Positions 56,811 to 64,000 of a stretch of DNA of 64,000 nt are shown piece after piece; the stretch's first letter is position 1, and the number at the start of each line of letters is the position of its first letter. Where the stretch lies: NCBI GenBank assembly GCA_034530615.2, contig JAVRCV020000041.1, positions 160,001 to 224,000 on the forward strand, in the 5' to 3' direction. The notes below the pieces were generated by a model that was given only the letters and a program-made list of their open reading frames with translations, searched no databases and was not told the DNA's origin. This DNA comes from Aulosira sp. ZfuVER01. GTDB taxonomy: Bacteria; Cyanobacteriota; Cyanobacteriia; Cyanobacteriales; Nostocaceae. The translations under genes and the position numbers were made by a program.

Positions 56811-57109
56811 GCCATTTGTTATTGATGAAGGGAACAGGGAACATTCTTATGGGAATCTCTCTGTTCCCTTTTAATTATCAGTTGCTAATTAGCTATAACT
56901 AATGACCGATGAATTTTGAGTAAAAAAATTTCTATGATGTCCGGTAAATTATCCTGAATTTTCTCTAAACAACCCCGCATCAAAGCCATGCTTTTTCTAC
57001 TTTCTATGCAAGCAAGAATGGTTAGAAAATGAGGAGGATTTATTATGATAAATTGCCGAAAATAATTATTTTTTGGTGCTATCTAGCTAGAACAAACAAC
57101 TAATGAGCA

Positions 57110-58381
57110 ATGAGAAAACTAAAGCTGCTTCTACCTGCATTAAAATCCAAAAACTACCGTTTGTTTTTTGCCGGACAAGGTATTTCCCTAATTGGAACTT
57201 GGATGACGCAACTGGCTACGATTTGGCTAGTTTATAGTTTAACTAACTCTCCATTAATGTTGGGAGTTGTAGGATTTACCAGTCAAATCCCTAGTTTTTT
57301 TCTCGCTCCCTTTGGGGGTGTTTTTGTAGACCGATTTTCGCGTTATCGTACCTTAATTGGTACGCAAATTATGGCGATGATTCAGTCGTTAGCATTAGCG
57401 GTACTGGCGCTAACTGGTGTGATTCAGGTATGGCACATCATTGCTTTAAGCTTATTTCAGGGATTTATTAACGCCTTAGATGCACCAGCCAGACAAGCAT
57501 TTGTACCAGAACTAGTGGAAAAAAGAGAAGATTTAGCCAATGCGATCGCCATCAACTCAACCATGATTAATGGAGCGAGATTAATTGGCCCGGCGATCGG
57601 TGGTTTGCTTATTGCTAAAATTGGCGCTGCTTACTGTTTTCTTATTGATGGTTTAAGCTATATTGCTGTGATTGCTGCTTTATTGGCAATGAAAATTAAA
57701 CCTTGGCAAGTTCCAGTAAGTAATGGCAATCCTCTACAAAAAGTTAAAGAGGGATTTGTTTATGCTTTTAGCTTTCCACCAATCCGAGCAATATTGTTGC
57801 TATCAACTTTAGTTAGCTTAATGGGATTACAAAATACTATTCTTGTACCCATTTTTGCTGAAGAGATTCTTAAAGGAGGAGCAGAAGCATTAGGCTTTTT
57901 GATGGCAGCCTCCGGAGTAGGAGCATTATCGGGTGGTATTTATTTAGCTACACGGCGGACAATACTAGGAATTGGGAAATTAATTGCTATAGCTCCTGCA
58001 ATTTTAGGAGTAGGTTTAATTGGTTTTTCTCTATCTCGATTTTTACCACTTTCTTTATTTACAATGTTGTTTATTGGCTTGGGAACAATTCTCCAAATTG
58101 CCGCCAGTAATACATTTTTACAAACAATTGTAGAAGAAGACAAACGCGGTAGATTGATGAGTTTATATACAATGTCATTTTTAGGAATGATACCTGTAGG
58201 TAATTTATTAGGAGGGTTCTTAGCAAGTCGCCTTGGTGCTCCTAATACATTAATTATTGATGGTATCGCTTGTATTATCGGCTCTATTATTTTTGGCAGA
58301 CAACTACCTGGATTAAGACGACTAGTTATGCCACTCTATGAGCAGAAGGGCATTGTAAAAAGTGTAGAATCTTCAGGATAG
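57110..58381 (+). CDS. MFS transporter (MFS_3/DHA3-like)
   Basis: NYRLFFAGQ..GTWM, DAPARQAFV, RGRLMS and about 12 TM segments. Confidence 0.9.
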   Translation: MRKLKLLLPALKSKNYRLFFAGQGISLIGTWMTQLATIWLVYSLTNSPLMLGVVGFTSQIPSFFLAPFGGVFVDRFSRYRTLIGTQIMAMIQSLALAVLALTGVIQVWHIIALSLFQGFINALDAPARQAFVPELVEKREDLANAIAINSTMINGARLIGPAIGGLLIAKIGAAYCFLIDGLSYIAVIAALLAMKIKPWQVPVSNGNPLQKVKEGFVYAFSFPPIRAILLLSTLVSLMGLQNTILVPIFAEEILKGGAEALGFLMAASGVGALSGGIYLATRRTILGIGKLIAIAPAILGVGLIGFSLSRFLPLSLFTMLFIGLGTILQIAASNTFLQTIVEEDKRGRLMSLYTMSFLGMIPVGNLLGGFLASRLGAPNTLIIDGIACIIGSIIFGRQLPGLRRLVMPLYEQKGIVKSVESSG

Positions 58382-58599
58382 ATGAGCTGCTATGCATGGA
58401 TATATAACTCCTAAAGCATTCGTAAAAAACAAGATTACCAAATTCCCTAGGAAGTTGGTAATCTGAGCTTTTCAATCCTCAACCACCAATAAAAACTATT
58501 TCTTTTATCTGTTTTGCGTTACGGACATTTTGCTTTAAAGTTTAAAAATAGATACATATTCCTCCTTGCGCGCCTCAATTCTAAAACTGGAGCAATTTT

Positions 58600-60186
58600 A
58601 TGGCTAATACAGGTGCTATCCAGCAGAATACTGCTCTACCACCGGAAAAGATACCTTTAAGAACTTGGATTGGTGTATTAGCCAGTATGCTTGGCGCATT
58701 CATGGCGGTTTTAGATATTCAAATTACTAACGCTTCATTACAAGAAATTCAAGCAAGTTTAGGCGCAACTTTAGAAGAAGGTTCTTGGATTTCGACTGCT
58801 TATCTAGTAGCAGAAATTGTAGTCATCCCACTTACCGGATGGTTATCGCGGGTGTTTTCACTGCGACGCTATCTAATAGTAAATACAGTACTATTTATCT
58901 TTTTTTCTATATGCTGTGCTTGGTCATGGAATCTCAATTCTATGATTATCTTCCGTGCTTTACAAGGCTTCAGTGGTGGGATTTTAATTCCTTCGGCCAT
59001 GACGGTTGTACTGACAACTTTACCGCCATCTAAGCAATCAGTAGGACTAGCTGCATTTGCTATTACCGCAGTTTTTGCACCATCAATTGGCCCGACATTA
59101 GGAGGTTGGTTAACAGAGAATTTTAGTTGGCAGTATAACTTTTATATAAATGTGTTTCCCGGGGTGTTAATGCTGGCCGGAGTATGGTATGGCATTAAAC
59201 AAGACCAACTCCAATTACAGTTGCTAAAACAAGGTGACTGGTGGGGAATTATTTCAATGGCTATTGGGTTAGGTTCCCTACAAGTTGTATTAGAAGAAGG
59301 TAGCCGCAAAGATTGGTTTGGTTCGGCTTTGATTGTCCGCTTAAGTGCGATCGCGGTAATTTTTATAGCATTATTTCTATTTATAGAATTGACTCGCAAG
59401 CAACCATTTATTAATTTAAGATTGGTCCTACGACGTAATTTTGGTTTAGCCAGTATTGTTAACGTCTCCCTAGGGGTGGGATTATATGGTTCAATTTATA
59501 TTTTGCCTTTATATCTTGCTCAAATTCAAAAATATAATGCACTACAAATTGGTGAAGTCCTAATTTGGGCAGGTATTCCTCAATTATTTATTATTCCCTT
59601 TATCCCCAAATTAATGCAGCGCATTGATGTCCGATTAATGGTAGGAGTCGGTGTTTCTCTGTTTGCTGTAAGTGCTTTTATGAACGCCGGGATGACATCT
59701 CAAACGGGGTTAGATCAATTAAGATGGTCACAACTAGTACGCGCAATGGGACAACCATTAATTATGGTTCCACTGAGTAGTATTGCTACAGCTGGATTGA
59801 ATCCTAAAGAAGCGGGTTCGGCAAGTGGTTTATTTAATATGATGCGTAATCTGGGCGGTTCTTTAGGTATTGCAGCCTTAGCAACTTTATTAACTAATCG
59901 AGAGCAATTTCACTCTAATAGATTGGGCGATAGCGTATCTTTATATAATCCAGAAACTCAACAGCGAATCGATCAGATGACCCAATATTTCATCAGTCGA
60001 GGAGCAGATTTGAGTACAGCGCAAAATCAGGCGATCGCATCTATATCTAATATTGTGCGTCGAGAAGCTTTTGTGATGGCTTTTAATGATTGTTTTTACT
60101 TTATTGGCATCGCTTTATTATTAAGCGGGCTGGCTATTATTTTTATCAAAAAAGTAAAAGCTACTGGTGGTGCTGTTGCCCATTAA
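58600..60186 (+). CDS. DHA2/EmrB-family efflux MFS transporter
   Basis: FMAVLDIQIT, WISTAYL, FRALQG, GPTLGGWLT, FYINV and MRNLGGS. Confidence 0.93.
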   Translation: MANTGAIQQNTALPPEKIPLRTWIGVLASMLGAFMAVLDIQITNASLQEIQASLGATLEEGSWISTAYLVAEIVVIPLTGWLSRVFSLRRYLIVNTVLFIFFSICCAWSWNLNSMIIFRALQGFSGGILIPSAMTVVLTTLPPSKQSVGLAAFAITAVFAPSIGPTLGGWLTENFSWQYNFYINVFPGVLMLAGVWYGIKQDQLQLQLLKQGDWWGIISMAIGLGSLQVVLEEGSRKDWFGSALIVRLSAIAVIFIALFLFIELTRKQPFINLRLVLRRNFGLASIVNVSLGVGLYGSIYILPLYLAQIQKYNALQIGEVLIWAGIPQLFIIPFIPKLMQRIDVRLMVGVGVSLFAVSAFMNAGMTSQTGLDQLRWSQLVRAMGQPLIMVPLSSIATAGLNPKEAGSASGLFNMMRNLGGSLGIAALATLLTNREQFHSNRLGDSVSLYNPETQQRIDQMTQYFISRGADLSTAQNQAIASISNIVRREAFVMAFNDCFYFIGIALLLSGLAIIFIKKVKATGGAVAH

Positions 60187-60187
60187 G

Positions 60188-60997
60188 TTACACTTTTTGT
60201 TCTGTGACTAAGGTGAGGCTTACCCATTCGCCTTTGTCACTGTAGCTGCGAATCATTCTTTGGCGTAGATTTGGCTGAATTAGCCAACCCGCCTCTAGGA
60301 TAAAACTTTGGCGTAAATTTACTTTTAGTGGAGAAGTAGCAGAAGCGCCATGAGGTAACAGCAATACTTGCATCTGCTTTTGTGGATCTCGATCGAAGTG
60401 AACGATCGCTCCTTTAACAGTAGCACTGGAGGTAATTGTGCGATCGCCATAAGACAGAGTTTGCACAAATCGCCCAGCGTCATCTAGTTCTAATTTCAAG
60501 ATTGTTGAGACAGTGTTAGGAGAACGAAAATCTGTATATATTGTGATTGCTTCACCTCGCCATTCTCCCAACAAATCATCTACCTTGACAGCAGGGCTTT
60601 CTACGGCTTCAGTACCAGCTAAATGTTCAGGAATTAGGGTGAGTTGATCTAGTTGACAGTTTTTATCAAACAGTTGCACCAGACGCAAACGGCGGTTTTC
60701 ATGAATCAAACCTAGTTCCGCGCCAAATTCAGTAAATGGCGCTAATTGAATTGAACCTTGAGAAAATGCACCATTTTCAAAAAACAGAGTACTCTTTCCC
60801 AGAGAACTGTATTCCAGAACTAAATCTTCTTGTCCTTGACGGCGAACAATCTGGCGAATTGTCTGGTTATTATTCAACCCTTCCAGAGAGACAACACTTT
60901 TCACATCTTGCAGTAGTTCACCTTGGGGAGAGAAACGGGTGAATGAACCTTGCCATTCACCCAGATTTTTCAGCAACCGTTCCCATTGAGATGTCAT
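60188..60997 (-). CDS. DUF3598-family protein
   Basis: WERLLKNLGEWQGSFT, with a duplicated lipocalin-like GEW motif. Confidence 0.78.
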   Translation of the reverse strand: MTSQWERLLKNLGEWQGSFTRFSPQGELLQDVKSVVSLEGLNNNQTIRQIVRRQGQEDLVLEYSSLGKSTLFFENGAFSQGSIQLAPFTEFGAELGLIHENRRLRLVQLFDKNCQLDQLTLIPEHLAGTEAVESPAVKVDDLLGEWRGEAITIYTDFRSPNTVSTILKLELDDAGRFVQTLSYGDRTITSSATVKGAIVHFDRDPQKQMQVLLLPHGASATSPLKVNLRQSFILEAGWLIQPNLRQRMIRSYSDKGEWVSLTLVTEQKV

Positions 60998-61102
60998 AGT
61001 GATTTTGTCCTTTGTTTTTTGTCCAGACGATCTGGTAATTGGTTATAAATAAAAATATTTCCAAGGGCAATTTATCTTCTACCCTGGATTTTTATTTTTA
61101 GG

Positions 61103-61234
61103 CTATGGGCTACGTTTAAGACTGCCATCAGCATAAAGTTCCAAAGCAATTAGTTCTAATTTACCGTTGACGACTTGTTTGGAATAAACAATTTTTACAA
61201 AATCTGAGTGTTCATGATGGTTACGAATTAACAT
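61103..61234 (-). CDS. Small hypothetical protein (43 aa, absent from the ORF track)
   Basis: MLIRNHHEHSDFVKIVYSKQVVNGKLELIALELYADGSLKRSP*, with strong RBS AGAGGAGGA about 6 nt upstream. Confidence 0.55.
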   Translation of the reverse strand: MLIRNHHEHSDFVKIVYSKQVVNGKLELIALELYADGSLKRSP

Positions 61235-61360
61235 ATTACTTCCTCCTCTTTGATGAACCTATTTCAACCTCCTTTTAACCTTTCTATTTATTTAGTAGGT
61301 TGGTTTTTTGGTTTTATGCAGTTTTGACCAAGATGTCGGCTACTTTTACTGTTGACTGCG

Positions 61361-61410
61361 TTCTGCCAAAATCACCCCTAAAGCTTTGCATATCGTGGGG
61401 TGTGGCAGAA
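61361..61410. other. Long stem-loop downstream of ftsX
   Basis: TTCTGCCA..CACCCC / GGGGTG.TGGCAGAA. Confidence 0.55.
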
Positions 61411-61471
61411 TTGGACAAAAGCACCGGGTGGGAAGTCAAAACAAATCACGCAAAAAGTTGATAGATTCAGA

Positions 61472-62374
61472 CTAACTTCTGGCAAAACGCCGAACAGCAA
61501 ATAAACTCCCCATTAATCCCACAGATGCACCAAAGCTCAAGAGAATTAGGGGTAATAATAAGATTTGTACGGTAGTTAGTTGCAAACCTTTGGTAATAAA
61601 TTGAATAAACTCAGGCTGATTGGCGACTAGGTTTCCGAGAAACTGTTGAACTAGAGAAATCAAACTCCAGGCGATCGCACCGCCGATTACACCAAAAGTT
61701 ATACCTTGCAAAATAAAAGGTAAGTAAATCCAAGCACTAGTTGCACCGACTAACTGCATGATTTCTATTTCTTGTCGTCGCGCCATCACAATTAAGCGGA
61801 TGGTAATGCTAGTGACTGCGATCGCAGTTAAGGTGAGGAGGATGGTAATTGTCAAAGTAATCCAGTTGAGACCTTCGTGCAACTGAGCAATGCGTTTAAC
61901 TGCTTCATCGACATATTGCACGGTACTCACTCCCGGTAACTTAGCCAACTGCGTTGCTAACTTCGGCACAACTTCAGTGTTCCGGGCTTTTACCTTCACT
62001 TCATCAACTAGAGGATTTTCTCCTAGCTGCTGGTTAGCACCTTCAATATCAGAAATTCTCAGTTCCTTAACTAACTTACTCCAAGCTTGCTCTTTGGTAA
62101 TTGTTTTTGTTGCTACCACCTCTGGCATTTTTGTCACCAGTGGTTCAATAGTTGCCGCTGATGTACCTGAATCAAGATACACTGAAACTTCCATCTGGCT
62201 ACCGAACTGGTAAAGGAGTTTTTCTAATTGCCAGGAAGTTTGCAGACTCATCCCAAATAAAAACAGCAATACCGTTACAGTACTCACAGCTGCCCAATTC
62301 ATCCAACCCCCGCGCAGCAAGCCTAGGAAAGTTTCTTTGAGCAGGTAGTCAAGTTTATTTAAAAATTTCAACAC
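61472..62374 (-). CDS. ftsX: Cell division permease FtsX
   Basis: 4-TM layout, ENPL and RRQEIEIMQLVGATSAWIYLPFILQG. Confidence 0.92.
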   Translation of the reverse strand: MLKFLNKLDYLLKETFLGLLRGGWMNWAAVSTVTVLLFLFGMSLQTSWQLEKLLYQFGSQMEVSVYLDSGTSAATIEPLVTKMPEVVATKTITKEQAWSKLVKELRISDIEGANQQLGENPLVDEVKVKARNTEVVPKLATQLAKLPGVSTVQYVDEAVKRIAQLHEGLNWITLTITILLTLTAIAVTSITIRLIVMARRQEIEIMQLVGATSAWIYLPFILQGITFGVIGGAIAWSLISLVQQFLGNLVANQPEFIQFITKGLQLTTVQILLLPLILLSFGASVGLMGSLFAVRRFARS

Positions 62375-62416
62375 ACATTATGACTCCGATATGCGAATTT
62401 CGCACCCAGATGTAGA

Positions 62417-62506
62417 AGACGCGGAGACTGTGGGACGCGGTGACGCGGGGAAAATTTATTGAAAAATATCTCCGTGTCCCCGCGTCTTCCCCTCTCCGTG
62501 TCTTCT
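62417..62506. repeat. Inverted array of GACGCGG(A/T) 8-mers
   Basis: GACGCGG repeats are mirrored by CCGTGTC/CCGCGTC repeats. Confidence 0.7.
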
Positions 62507-62653
62507 TCGTAGTGCGACATCACATTTATACTCGACGGTAGAGAGTTTGGGTATTTTGTGTCAATTACCGCAGAGTATGGAAGATTTCTCCCCTAAGGAG
62601 ATTGATAGAATTAGATGTAGTAGGAATTTTCACAATCTAGCCGATAAGGAATC

Positions 62654-63217
62654 ATGCCCTCCGAAATTGCTGTCGAGAAAAAAAAGTTAAAAAATCCTCC
62701 TTTGGAACTTCACTATTTAGGCGATCGCGTTTTACGTCAACCTGCAAAGCGGATTGCCAAAGTAGATGATGAATTGCGCCAACTGGTACGCGAAATGCTG
62801 CAAACTATGTACAGCAAAGATGGCATTGGTTTGGCTGCACCCCAAGTTGGAGTTCATAAACAACTAATTGTCATCGACTTGGAACCAGATAACCCTGCTA
62901 ATCCACCACTGGTATTGATCAACCCCACAATTAAACAGGTAAGCAAAGACATCTGCGTTGCTCAAGAAGGATGTTTGAGCATTCCCAACGTTTACATGGA
63001 TGTGAAGCGCCCTGAAATGGTGGAAATTGCCTATAAAGATGAATATGGCCGTCCTAAGACATTAAAAGCTAATGACTTACTCGCACGCTGCATTCAGCAC
63101 GAAATGGATCACCTCAATGGCGTGGTATTTGTAGATCGTGTGGATAATTCCTTGACTTTGGCCCAGGAACTATCTAAAAATGGCTTCTCGTATCAAGCGG
63201 TGAAACCTGTAGCATAG
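62654..63217 (+). CDS. def: Peptide deformylase
   Basis: GIGLAAPQVG, EGCLS and QHEMDHLNG. Confidence 0.97.
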   Translation: MPSEIAVEKKKLKNPPLELHYLGDRVLRQPAKRIAKVDDELRQLVREMLQTMYSKDGIGLAAPQVGVHKQLIVIDLEPDNPANPPLVLINPTIKQVSKDICVAQEGCLSIPNVYMDVKRPEMVEIAYKDEYGRPKTLKANDLLARCIQHEMDHLNGVVFVDRVDNSLTLAQELSKNGFSYQAVKPVA

Positions 63218-63229
63218 GGTGGTTTAGTA

Positions 63230-63433
63230 GTGTATTTAACTCCAAAAAGCGGTTTATTCCTAGGCGGTTCTTGTGTAGCTGCGATCGCGGCTGTCGGTTC
63301 GATTTTTGAACTCAGTTACGGACAACCAGATTTAGGCGTTCAAGCCACGGCGATTATCCTAATTTTGAGTATTCCACTCACAGGATTATTTTTCTTTGCC
63401 GCAGTGAGGGACGCAAGGGATAACATTAAATAA
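63230..63433 (+). CDS. Small 2-TM membrane protein downstream of def
   Basis: Two hydrophobic segments with AVGSIFEL, starting 12 nt after the def stop. Confidence 0.7.
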   Translation: MYLTPKSGLFLGGSCVAAIAAVGSIFELSYGQPDLGVQATAIILILSIPLTGLFFFAAVRDARDNIK

Positions 63434-63494
63434 GCATCAGGTACATAAAAAGGTGAAGGGATGGAAAAATAAAGTAAATTCATCCTTTTACCTT

Positions 63495-64000
63495 TTATTT
63501 TTTCTCCTCTGTCACTGCTCCTAAAGCTTTGAGTGTTGCTAATTGCGCTAGTGTTAACCCTGTGACCTCAGTTATATTCATCCCTTCATATGGTCTAGGC
63601 GATCGCAGTGTTTGCCAACACTCGCCTGTTTCAATAGCCCACAGCCTAATTGTTTCGTCTTGGCTACCACTAGCTATATTTCTACCATTCGGGCTAAATG
63701 CCACTGACCAAACTCCCATTGTATGCCCGAACAAAGTCATCAAGTCTTTGCTGGCATTCATATTCCAAAGCTTCACTGTTTGGTCTACACTACCACTAGC
63801 AAGTTGCTTACCATCAGGGCTGAATGCGACAGACCATACCCAATGGCTATGAAATTGAGCTATTCCTAAGCTTTTTCCTGTGTCAACTTCCCACAGTCTT
63901 ACTGTTTTATCTAAACTACTACTCGCTAATATCTCTCCTTGAGGATTAAAAGCAATAGCTCTCACAAAATCGGTATGTCCAGAAAGAGTTTTTTCGCATC
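63495..64000 (-). CDS. C-terminal part of a WD40-repeat (probably NB-ARC/NACHT-WD40) protein, truncated by the window edge
   Basis: WD40 blades and terminal [23 protein letters not shown], a tail typical of cyanobacterial STAND-WD40 proteins. The frame stays open to the window end. Confidence 0.85.
   Translation of the reverse strand, partial: CEKTLSGHTDFVRAIAFNPQGEILASSSLDKTVRLWEVDTGKSLGIAQFHSHWVWSVAFSPDGKQLASGSVDQTVKLWNMNASKDLMTLFGHTMGVWSVAFSPNGRNIASGSQDETIRLWAIETGECWQTLRSPRPYEGMNITEVTGLTLAQLATLKALGAVTEEKK

Noticed and set aside
1..64000. Abundant GCGATCGC octamers as a special repeat system
   Set aside because: This is HIP1, a known genome-wide cyanobacterial feature.

Overview
This 64-kb window looks like chromosome from a filamentous, probably heterocystous (Nostocales-type) cyanobacterium. 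It has many HIP1 GCGATCGC octamers, STRR heptamer tracts and small dispersed repeats. Housekeeping genes include the 3' end of sdhA, pilMNOQ, folC, psbY, map, a 2-Cys peroxiredoxin, glgC, rbp-rpsU, ftsX and def, plus a MarR/EmrAB-type efflux locus. Two accessory systems stand out. (1) 3292-11709, minus strand: a six-gene Ser/Thr signalling operon built around a clear actinobacterial PknG-type kinase (rubredoxin, non-RD kinase and TPR domains). It also encodes a GlnX-like 4-TM protein, a Zn-ribbon PP2C, a VWA protein, a Zn-ribbon FHA protein and a coiled-coil protein, but no GlnH. (2) 39662-45756: a probable conflict/immunity island with a caspase-nSTAND1-TM-WD40 protein, a stand-alone blade-for-blade paralog of its propeller, a divergent Trypco1-like gene and two small ORFs. 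Also present are a FIST/NosP-kinase pair, mobile repeats translated in-frame inside enzymes, candidate MarR operators and an unannotated 43-aa ORF. No tRNA, rRNA, CRISPR array or transposase was recognised. All family calls come from motif recognition, not database searches.
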